From positions 5,130,001-5,162,000 of the forward strand of contig CP104013.1 in NCBI GenBank assembly GCA_025839675.1: DNA of 32,000 nucleotides. Direction: 5' to 3'. Every line of letters starts with the position of its first letter. Position 1 is the first letter of the stretch. The position numbers and the translations under genes are program-made. Origin of the DNA: Candidatus Lokiarchaeum ossiferum. GTDB taxonomy: Archaea; Asgardarchaeota; Lokiarchaeia; Sigyniarchaeales; Promethearchaeaceae. Positions 24,346-32,000 of the stretch are shown here, one piece after another. The notes below the pieces were generated by a model. The model saw only the letters and a list, made by a program, of their open reading frames with translations, did not search any database and was not told where the DNA came from.

Positions 24346-27015
24346 TCAGAAAAAACGATCCAAGGAATTTTTTTTTAGTTTTCTCTCTTTAGTATCTTGG
24401 TTTATATCTTTTGGAGGTATGTGTTTTTCTTCTTTATCATTAGCATCTTGAGATTGGAATTCAAGGGTTGTTTTATCCAATAAGAGTTTTTCAGATTTAT
24501 CTGGATGCTTACGATCAATTTTTTTTTTAACGGGTCTATTTAATAATTGATTTTGGATATTGCGAGCGATTGTCATGCCAATTAAAGGAACTTTTGCGAT
24601 ATCTTCAATATTAGAATTTAAAATATCGTTAGTTGTCTTAAAACCCGCTTGAAACAATTTTCGTGCTCTTACTCGTCCTATTCCCTTCAATTTAACAAGG
24701 GGGATCAAGGATTCTTTAATACCGTGGGTTATTCGATAGTTCAATTTTTGGAGATCGGAAGAAAAGTGAAGTTCTTTATCTAATCGTGCAATTTGTTGCA
24801 TTGTGCGAAGCAACCACTGAGCATTATCTATGGTGTTATGGATGTCACCAACACCTATATTATATCTTTCGGTAATGTTTTTCTCATGGACTTCGGAGAT
24901 CCAATCTTGCATAATCATTGTGAGTTTTAATTCTTGGGCAAATTCTAAAAACTGAGGATCTGTTTTTTCCCACACTTCTTCCATAATGAAATTATCGGAA
25001 TGGTGTTCAATAAAAGTGAAAATGGGATTATAATCTTGTTTCCGAAGATAGAATTTCCGAAAAGCAGAAAGTTTCGAAAGCAGGTAGAGCCAACTGGTAT
25101 TTGTTAGTTCTATTTCGCCATAATCTTCCAAAACTTTGGCATAGAGCAAATCTTCTTTGATGATGATCCCATCTTGAGGTGGAATATAACTTTGCGAACA
25201 TATTTTACCAAAAGGGGTTGCTTCAAAAACTTCAACTGCAATGGGATGGGGTGCTTCGATTTGGGTTATAAGTTCATTTTCTTGAAAATAATTAATGATT
25301 TGTTGAATTTTTGTTTGTAGGGACCTTTCAATTTTAATTTCAATATTATCAGATAACTCAGTTTTTTTAGGTTTTGTGGATTGAAGTAAGTTTTCTTTTT
25401 CCCAATAATCGCTTGCTGTAGTAAAAAATGATCCTGGGTCTGCTGCTAATCCTAATGGATCATTGCCTCGGCCGGAAGTGGGGCGTAATTGAGTCCGTGT
25501 TTTTTGGAGAGAAGACTTTCTTTTTGTATATCTTTTGTTTTTATTGTTTAGAGCTTCTTCTACATCTGAAAGAGTTCCAGTTTGAAGTTGATGATAATAA
25601 AACGTATTTTTTAAAAATTTGAGAATTTGCTCCATGGAGTCGGCAAATTTGGAGACGATTAAACTCAGAATATGAGATTGCAATTTATTTTCATCACCTA
25701 CTTTGCTAAAAATTTTTTCTGGATCGCCATTAATATATCCAACTGCATCATTTACGAGTTTTTCTGGATTACTCCCTAAAATAATCACTTCTCCATATGG
25801 ATCAAAGCGAGGGCGTCCGGCTCTTCCAGCCATTTGCTTATATTCTATAACTGGGATCAATACATTCCCTTTTTCTGCATTATAGCGGTACAGTGTTTTA
25901 ATTATCACTCTTCGTGCAGGGGTATTTACTCCTGCAGCAAGGGTTGGGGTACAGCAGATCACTTTGATCTTCCGTTGATTGAATTGCTTCACAATGAAAC
26001 TCAATATTTTTCTTGGAAGACCTGCATGATGGAATGCTACCCCGCCTTTAAGATATTTATGTAATTTTTTTGCCGTTTCCGTTTCAAGAGAATCAATCTT
26101 AGCAATCTCTTCTTGAATTTGATCGAATTCTTCTTTCTCTTTATTATCTGTAATCATTCTTATTGGAATGTGGAGTTCATCTGCCAGTTTGATAGTATTC
26201 TTACGAGAATTTGTAAATACTAATACTTGCCCTCCTTCCTTAATCATATCGATAGCGAGTGTGGTTACTTCTGAGTGTCCTGGAATTTTTGGGATAGTTC
26301 TCACTGCCCCGTCTTGAAAATGAATTTCATCCCGTAAATAAAAACCTTCTTTCAGTGCCACAGGTCTCCATTCGCTCGTTATTAATTGAGCTTGTAACCA
26401 AGAAGCTAGTTCCTCTGCATTTTGAATTGTTGCAGATAATCCTACGATTTGAGCTGACGGATTTGCGGTTTTAATGCGGGTGAGTAAAAATTCTAATGTT
26501 ATTCCTCGGTGGTCATCATTAATCAAATGTATCTCATCACAGATAACCATACTTATTGCCGCAATTCGTTTTGGGTCTAAGCGCAATAAAGCATCCGCTT
26601 TTTCATTTGTTAATATGATTAAATCATTGTTAAAAACTTTATAGTCTATTTGGTCAATATCACTTGTTGAAATTCCAACTCGAAAGCCTAAGCTATCCCA
26701 GTCTGCCTTAAATTCTTCATATTTTTCAGTTGCCAAGGCTTTTAGTGGACATAAATACAAAACTTTACCGCGTTTTTTACTCGCTTTACCTTTATCGCCG
26801 TTAGAATCTAACAAAAGCTTTTGAAGTGCTAAGATTTCTGCTATTAAGGTTTTTCCAGAAGCCGTGGGGATGGACACAACTAAATTTCTTCCTGTGATGC
26901 CCGCGTCAATCGCTTCGAGTTGAGGTGGATATAATTCAATAATTTTTTTGCGAAATAAATAGGAAAGTATATTGGGATGTACTAAATCTTCAAGGTGAGG
27001 TGAATTACTGGACAT
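24346..27015 (-). CDS. hel308: Ski2-like DNA helicase, Hel308/Hjm family, with insertions and a basic C-terminal tail
   Basis: The SF2 motifs are present in order: I PTASGKT, II DEIH, III SAT, IVa HHAGL, V TPTLAAGVNTPA and VI QMAGRAGR. These are followed by winged-helix/ratchet regions and a helix-hairpin-helix end (LKGIGRVRARKLFQAGF...IGMTIARNI). At 889 aa it is long for the family. Confidence 0.9.
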   Translation of the reverse strand: MSSNSPHLEDLVHPNILSYLFRKKIIELYPPQLEAIDAGITGRNLVVSIPTASGKTLIAEILALQKLLLDSNGDKGKASKKRGKVLYLCPLKALATEKYEEFKADWDSLGFRVGISTSDIDQIDYKVFNNDLIILTNEKADALLRLDPKRIAAISMVICDEIHLINDDHRGITLEFLLTRIKTANPSAQIVGLSATIQNAEELASWLQAQLITSEWRPVALKEGFYLRDEIHFQDGAVRTIPKIPGHSEVTTLAIDMIKEGGQVLVFTNSRKNTIKLADELHIPIRMITDNKEKEEFDQIQEEIAKIDSLETETAKKLHKYLKGGVAFHHAGLPRKILSFIVKQFNQRKIKVICCTPTLAAGVNTPARRVIIKTLYRYNAEKGNVLIPVIEYKQMAGRAGRPRFDPYGEVIILGSNPEKLVNDAVGYINGDPEKIFSKVGDENKLQSHILSLIVSKFADSMEQILKFLKNTFYYHQLQTGTLSDVEEALNNKNKRYTKRKSSLQKTRTQLRPTSGRGNDPLGLAADPGSFFTTASDYWEKENLLQSTKPKKTELSDNIEIKIERSLQTKIQQIINYFQENELITQIEAPHPIAVEVFEATPFGKICSQSYIPPQDGIIIKEDLLYAKVLEDYGEIELTNTSWLYLLSKLSAFRKFYLRKQDYNPIFTFIEHHSDNFIMEEVWEKTDPQFLEFAQELKLTMIMQDWISEVHEKNITERYNIGVGDIHNTIDNAQWLLRTMQQIARLDKELHFSSDLQKLNYRITHGIKESLIPLVKLKGIGRVRARKLFQAGFKTTNDILNSNIEDIAKVPLIGMTIARNIQNQLLNRPVKKKIDRKHPDKSEKLLLDKTTLEFQSQDANDKEEKHIPPKDINQDTKERKLKKNSLDRFF

Positions 27016-27036
27016 ATGACTCAGTTCGTTTCATTC

Positions 27037-27047
27037 AAAAAAAAAAA
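27037..27047 (-). terminator. oligo-T tract (T11 on the coding strand) immediately after the MCM stop codon
   Basis: A run of 11 A on the plus strand at 27037-27047 equals T11 on the minus strand, directly abutting the TAA stop at 27048-27050. Archaeal RNA polymerase terminates at oligo-T. The tract also sits 22-32 nt upstream of the Hel308 ATG, so it could instead or additionally be promoter-like. Confidence 0.35.
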
Positions 27048-30000
27048 TTAGAATTTTCCTTGCTTTGGCTTAGTGGATAATCTATAATGATCATTCTTCG
27101 GACAATAAAGTGTTCCATCTTTATGCCATTCTTCTAATGCACTTTTTATAAACTGTTCTGTGACACCTTCCACCGTTGCTAAGGGTTCATAGATATCCTC
27201 CCAAGTGAGATCCTCAGAGGGATCTTCCAACTGTAATTCCCGAATTTTTTCCAAAATTAAGTTTAATTTGTTCCGTTTATTACTGGATGTTCCTGTGAGC
27301 ATTACATCCATATCTACTTTTCCTGTTTCTTTATCATATCCAATCTCATGCAGCGATCGATCCAATAACGATATCATTGCTTCTGTATCTTCTAATAACA
27401 CCACGTCACGTAATGCCATTTTTGCATATGCTTCGCTCATTCTTACCATTCCATCTAGCGTTCGCGCTACGATGGAAACAGCGGTGGGATTATCGGGATT
27501 TGAGGTTCGCATTTTAACATAATAATCTTGAATTTTCCGTGCCGATTCCCGTGTTAATTTTGGATGACAATTATTTTTACAATACTGAATATATTTTTTT
27601 AAAAGATCCATCGGAATGAAATCATCTTCGGTTGGAATATTTTTCTTCTTCTCTTCCTCATCGACAAATGTTTCATCATGCCCCTCCATGTGATTTCGAA
27701 GGATATATTGAGCGATGCGGTCATCACTATTTTTTTCCGGTACATCTCTCACAATGAATATAAGATCGAACCGAGATAATATCGGAGGACTCAAATTGAT
27801 ATTGGCTGCGGGTGTTTCAAAATCATTCCAACGGCCTTGTTTAGGATTTGCAGCTGCAATGATAGCCGTTTGTGCTTGAAGTGTTGCCACAATACCTGCC
27901 TTGGCTATGCTAATCGTCTGTTGTTCCATCGCCTCATGGATTGCCGAGCGATCTTGTTTACGCATTTTATCAAATTCGTCGATGCAGTTATGCATAATGA
28001 TATTGTTTCCAACAAAATTATTTGTTCCTTCCATGGTAAAATCGTACACATATTCGCTTCTGATTTCTTCAATATCGATAATTTTATCCCATAGAATATC
28101 ACTTTCAATAAAATTGTGTAAAAATTTTTCCTTAACAACTTGATTAATTCTTTTCAGATGATATTTTGAAGGAGCTACTTGAGGTTTGCAATAATTCCAC
28201 ACATATCTATAGATATCTGACCCCAATTTTCCCTTGTTTTTTAATTTTAAACGTTCAAAATATTCTTGAAAATTAGGTAGGATATCAATTCGATCCTTGA
28301 TTTGATTAATTTTCAATTTTTTAAATTTTGCTTTTTTTACAGGATGCAACGTTCCTATCTGATTATAAAAGGCAATACAATCGAGTGTCCCCGTAATTTC
28401 ACAGTGCCAATCTGTAGATTTTTTAACTACTGTGGAAATGATTCCAAATCTCAATAGTAAATTTTGAAAAAGAACTGCATTTTCATGCATACCAGTAGAA
28501 AAAATAACGCTATTTGGATTTGATCTTAAACAACCATCCCCGTCAAAAACACCTCTCAAAAATAAGGAAATGGTTTGTTTTGAATAGGTGAATATTTTTT
28601 TTGATAAGGCAAATTTAGTTGATTTATTTCCTTTAGGTACTCCAAATTCGATTAAATCTTGAGCAAATTTTTTAGTTGAATTGTAAATTTGGTAATTGTT
28701 TTTGGTGGATTTATATTGCTTATTACTTTCTCTCTGTTGAGGTTTCCTTACGTATGTATTATGAGATATATTCAAACGATCTAGGGTTGATTTAAATATT
28801 TCCACCATATCTGTATTAGAATTATAAAATTCTCCTCTTCCTTTTGTATCAGATAATGCGATGTGCCCATCGGAAGCAATTAATCCGCAGATATAGGCGA
28901 AATCGGGTTGGAAATGATCTGAGTGATTAAATGAGATCAATTTTGGAACTGCTATATAATCTCCTGTCTTTATATTGTGTGTTTCTGTCCAAAGAAACTT
29001 TGAGTTATTGCTTGTGAAAATTTCATTATCTTCTGTTAGGTTTAAAGATCTTCCGGTCGCGGTCGTTAATTTATATATTTTTTTCTGATTGCGAATTTTA
29101 AAAGCTCTTTTGATTTTGAAAGGCTCAATTTTCAGATTTTCTTGATTTAATCCAAAAACTTTGAAATCAGGAAAAATTTCCCCTTCCTCATCACCAAATG
29201 AGTGAAATAATTCTTTGAAAGATATTCTCTTTCCATCTTCCCTTATAAACTTGGTATCTTCTGTAGTACAGGCAATGCCCCCGGATGCTAAAACCAGTGC
29301 ACCTGCTTCTAATTGCATGCCCGTATTGTCGCTTTCTTTGACTACAGCTGCTGTCAAACCTGCAGCGGAAGAGCCTTTTCCTGATGTATAAACCGATCTT
29401 TGTGCGATTTTGGCACAATTTTGTAATATCTGCGATTTTCCGGTTCCTGGGTCTCCCATAAAGAGAACGTGGATATCGCCCCGTAATTTACTCCCATCTT
29501 TTTTAAGTTTTTGATTTCCTGAAAATAGTGACAGAGCTGCCGCCATTTTAAGTTGATCATGACCTAAAATTCCCCGGGCGATGGATCGGGCAATTTTATT
29601 TTGAATCATGGGTTCTAATGACAAAGCATGGATTTCATCAATATCCTCTTGCGTGAGATCCTGTTCCTCATCTGTTTCTTTAATTCCTTCAATGTGATTG
29701 ACCATAAGCTGGGTCATAAAGACTGTGGTGAGACGTCCTCGACGATCTTCTTTAGGGATTGATTGTAATACGCCCATAATTTTAACACGTTCTCCTGGAC
29801 GGGCAGAATCGACTAAATGGTTATGGAGAACGGCTTGTAACGTTTGGGGAATATCCCCCGATCGGAGATCTTCTGGGGCTTCTTGGATCGTGATGCTTTG
29901 GTGATTAATGAATTCTGATTGGCGTGTATCGACCTTAAATTCCTTAGTATTCTTGCAAGCCGGATTAGTACATTCTCTTGGTGGGGTTAATTTTGATGTC

Positions 30001-30557
30001 GGTTGTTCTTCTTGCATGATATTGCCACAAATCGGACATTCAAAAGTGGCATTTGTTATTTTTGGTCGAACGACCGAAGATCGAATTATAATCCCCTTTA
30101 GAAAAATTAACCGATCAATATGTTTGGCCCGAATCATTCGTAAAGGGACTTCATTGGAATTATTATGAGTTGCAATCTGGACAAAGAAATCTTCATCGGG
30201 ATTAAAATAGCCCCCTGCATCGATACGGATGATATTTTTAAAAGATTCCACCGCTTCTTGTAAAGCTTGTTCGGGATTCGTTTTCAGATAATTCGCTAAG
30301 GGAGGATCGTAATTGAGGATATCTTCAAATAAAACGGTAATATGGTGTTCCGATCGGGCGTATGCCTCACTGATTTTTTGTCGATATTTAAATTCATTTG
30401 GGGTTTCTTCAAAATTCTTAAGAAAATCCTCAAAATCTCCCACAGGATTGGATGGGGGGGCATCAGTTTCTATTACCATTAATGTATCTCCGATTTTTGT
30501 AATAATTATTTTCCGATCGTCAAAGTTATTGTTTTGTCGGAAACTATAATAAATCAC
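27048..30557 (-). CDS. mcm: MCM replicative helicase, intein-containing precursor
   Basis: The N-terminal OB/zinc region has CPICG...CTNPAC. The AAA+ core has Walker A GDPGTGKSQ and a Walker B split as GGIA|intein|CIDEFDKM. Sensor and arginine-finger region motifs follow (AAANP, SRFDL). Removing 428 aa leaves a typical 741-aa MCM. The ORF-track start is GTG at 30557. ATG at 30477-30479 (Met27, MVIETDAPP..., GGAG 9-12 nt upstream) is a more plausible start. Confidence 0.95.
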   Translation of the reverse strand: MIYYSFRQNNNFDDRKIIITKIGDTLMVIETDAPPSNPVGDFEDFLKNFEETPNEFKYRQKISEAYARSEHHITVLFEDILNYDPPLANYLKTNPEQALQEAVESFKNIIRIDAGGYFNPDEDFFVQIATHNNSNEVPLRMIRAKHIDRLIFLKGIIIRSSVVRPKITNATFECPICGNIMQEEQPTSKLTPPRECTNPACKNTKEFKVDTRQSEFINHQSITIQEAPEDLRSGDIPQTLQAVLHNHLVDSARPGERVKIMGVLQSIPKEDRRGRLTTVFMTQLMVNHIEGIKETDEEQDLTQEDIDEIHALSLEPMIQNKIARSIARGILGHDQLKMAAALSLFSGNQKLKKDGSKLRGDIHVLFMGDPGTGKSQILQNCAKIAQRSVYTSGKGSSAAGLTAAVVKESDNTGMQLEAGALVLASGGIACTTEDTKFIREDGKRISFKELFHSFGDEEGEIFPDFKVFGLNQENLKIEPFKIKRAFKIRNQKKIYKLTTATGRSLNLTEDNEIFTSNNSKFLWTETHNIKTGDYIAVPKLISFNHSDHFQPDFAYICGLIASDGHIALSDTKGRGEFYNSNTDMVEIFKSTLDRLNISHNTYVRKPQQRESNKQYKSTKNNYQIYNSTKKFAQDLIEFGVPKGNKSTKFALSKKIFTYSKQTISLFLRGVFDGDGCLRSNPNSVIFSTGMHENAVLFQNLLLRFGIISTVVKKSTDWHCEITGTLDCIAFYNQIGTLHPVKKAKFKKLKINQIKDRIDILPNFQEYFERLKLKNKGKLGSDIYRYVWNYCKPQVAPSKYHLKRINQVVKEKFLHNFIESDILWDKIIDIEEIRSEYVYDFTMEGTNNFVGNNIIMHNCIDEFDKMRKQDRSAIHEAMEQQTISIAKAGIVATLQAQTAIIAAANPKQGRWNDFETPAANINLSPPILSRFDLIFIVRDVPEKNSDDRIAQYILRNHMEGHDETFVDEEEKKKNIPTEDDFIPMDLLKKYIQYCKNNCHPKLTRESARKIQDYYVKMRTSNPDNPTAVSIVARTLDGMVRMSEAYAKMALRDVVLLEDTEAMISLLDRSLHEIGYDKETGKVDMDVMLTGTSSNKRNKLNLILEKIRELQLEDPSEDLTWEDIYEPLATVEGVTEQFIKSALEEWHKDGTLYCPKNDHYRLSTKPKQGKF
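27987..29270 (-). mobile_element. intein (428 aa) with LAGLIDADG homing-endonuclease domain, inserted in the MCM Walker B motif
   Basis: The N-terminal splice junction is GGIA|C (Cys1 codon at 29268-29270). Block B has a TxxH motif (WTETH). The two LAGLIDADG motifs are FAYICGLIASDGHI and LFLRGVFDGDGC. Block F/G is VYDFTMEGTNNFVGNNIIMHN|C, with the terminal Asn codon at 27987-27989 and the +1 Cys starting CIDEFDKM. Confidence 0.9.
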
Positions 30558-30819
30558 TTATTGTTGCATTATTAGGAGTGTATTTTTTCCTTAAATGCAA
30601 GCTATGATTAAGTTTAAAAAGAATTGTTAGAGCGGTTGTTTAGTAAAATAGTCAAAGTGAAAATAAATTAAGAATCTTATGATTTTTGAGAGATGATCTT
30701 CAAATGATCATATCTACATCGATGACCTAGGTAAGAATTGTTTGGCAAATGTAACTAATTCTTTTTTTAGAATTTTGCATTTTAAAAGTATATTGTATCA
30801 AGAGCCTTAATGAAGTTGC

Positions 30820-31842
30820 GTGGTAGAGATGTCATCGGAAAATAAATCAAATATAAAATCAGAAAAAGAATCCTCACAAGAATCCCCTAAAGCTAGCCCC
30901 CTAGATCAAGAAATAGCGAAACTGAAATCCCACGATTTTCGTGTAAAAAACAATGCGATTAAAACTTTGGGAAAGATGAAAGATGCTAAAGCGCGGGAAA
31001 AATTGTTTGAAATTGCCAAATCCGAACATTTTGATGGAAGATTGCGAGTGTCGGCTATAGATTCATTAGGAAGAGGATCAAAAGGAAATGAGTTGTTCCG
31101 TTTACTCCAAGCGCTTGCGGGAGATCCAAAACAAAGTCGAGAAGTTCGTCGAACTTGTATTACTCAACTTACTCGATTCAAAGATCCAAAATCTATACGT
31201 ATCTTTGTCTCTGCCCTTGATGATGAATATAGATTCATCCGGTTCTGGGCAGTTCGAGGTTTAATAAAAATTCAAGATATTAAAGCTACAGTTGGTTTGG
31301 TGAAAGCTTTAGGTGATGAAGATGAAGAAATTCGGAAAGAAGTAAGTGCTCATTTAGAACGTATTGGAGAAGAAGCGGTTCCTGCTCTTATCAAAGCCTT
31401 TAACAACCCTGAAGCGAACAAATTCCTAAAGTATGGAGTGATGGGATTGCTGAAACGGATTCCGTCACAAAAATCTTTTGAAGCCCTTGTAAAAGCCCTT
31501 GAAGATGAAAATGATCGTGTTGTGACTATTGCCATCCGTGGATTGGGAAAATCGAATAATCCCGATGCAATTCGTCCTTTAATTCATTTATATAAAACAA
31601 ATGAGCGCAAAAGAAGATTGATTGAAGATGCTTTATTTAGGATCGGTCAAGAAAATCCCAAGATATTGGTGATTATGTTGGCTGCCCTTTTATTGGAAGA
31701 AGATCAAAGCCTTCCTGCTATGGCGATGTCATTATTTGCTAAAATTCCTCAAAGTTATATTCAGTTGGGAGATATTGCGAGTGATAAAGAATTAAATGAA
31801 GACTTTCGTGCAAAGATCAAGAAAGTTATGGAACAATTATAA
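30820..31842 (+). CDS. HEAT-repeat (PBS-lyase-type) protein
   Basis: The sequence has tandem ~30-aa repeats of the type D-x-x-x-x-V-R-x-x-A-x-x-A-L-G. Examples are RVKNNAIKTLGKMKD, RLRVSAIDSLGR, EVRRTCITQLTRFKD, FIRFWAVRGLIKIQD, EEIRKEVSAHLERIGEEAVPALIKA and DRVVTIAIRGLGKSNNPDAIRPLI. The track start is GTG at 30820, and ATG at 30829 (MSSENK) is equally or more likely. Confidence 0.75.
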   Translation: MVEMSSENKSNIKSEKESSQESPKASPLDQEIAKLKSHDFRVKNNAIKTLGKMKDAKAREKLFEIAKSEHFDGRLRVSAIDSLGRGSKGNELFRLLQALAGDPKQSREVRRTCITQLTRFKDPKSIRIFVSALDDEYRFIRFWAVRGLIKIQDIKATVGLVKALGDEDEEIRKEVSAHLERIGEEAVPALIKAFNNPEANKFLKYGVMGLLKRIPSQKSFEALVKALEDENDRVVTIAIRGLGKSNNPDAIRPLIHLYKTNERKRRLIEDALFRIGQENPKILVIMLAALLLEEDQSLPAMAMSLFAKIPQSYIQLGDIASDKELNEDFRAKIKKVMEQL

Positions 31843-31852
31843 TCATTGCCCA

Positions 31853-31861
31853 TTTTTTTTT
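31853..31861 (+). terminator. oligo-T tract (T9) after the HEAT-repeat gene
   Basis: T9 starts 11 nt after the TAA stop at 31840-31842. Confidence 0.3.
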
Positions 31862-32000
31862 GAAAGTCTTCTATCTTTTTCCTCATTTATTCCTGTCTAA
31901 AATTTGGTATTAATTTTCATATTTCATACATTTCCTTAGCCTTTACAAATATTAATTTAACAATCTAAAATTTTTATTTATATGAAATCCTAGTAAGTGT

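Noticed and set aside
30558-30819. The 262-nt divergent intergenic region upstream of mcm was examined as a possible replication origin.
   Set aside because: I found no repeated ORB-like elements or extended inverted repeats flanking an AT-rich unwinding element. I saw only a short ATGATC direct repeat and a TGATCA palindrome. No orc1/cdc6 gene is adjacent. The region is most simply two back-to-back promoters.

Overview
This is an AT-rich archaeal chromosomal window of 32 kb, called by eye with no database search. It holds 20 credible protein-coding genes and no rRNA, tRNA or CRISPR. The information-processing genes are clearly archaeal: an MCM helicase interrupted by a 428-aa LAGLIDADG intein, a Hel308/Ski2-like helicase directly downstream, archaeal-type D-aminoacyl-tRNA deacylase DtdA, and a PDCD5-like DNA-binding protein. 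Two Rab/Ras-like small GTPases and the very low GC content suggest an Asgard (Lokiarchaeia-like) genome, but that is inference only. Other recognisable genes are two deacetylases of different HDAC classes, two tandem HAD hydrolase paralogs flanking a small membrane protein gene, a 1430-aa fused double BcrAD/BadFG ATPase (acyl-CoA dehydratase activase type), a pentapeptide-repeat protein, an Mrr-like PD-(D/E)xK nuclease-fold protein and a HEAT-repeat protein.

The items most worth follow-up are:
- A 1077-aa protein with seven MIT-like helical modules and six copies of a Y-x-P-S-F-L-K-type linear motif. It sits beside a Rab-like GTPase and a putative Roadblock-like protein.
- A 918-aa protein built from about nine winged-helix-like repeats, followed by an unknown 503-aa gene.
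- A GC-enriched, hairpin-rich element of about 150 nt in a convergent intergenic gap, a candidate ncRNA.
- A PIP-box-like C-terminus on Hel308.

All functional calls rest on motifs read from the ORF translations. None was confirmed by a search.
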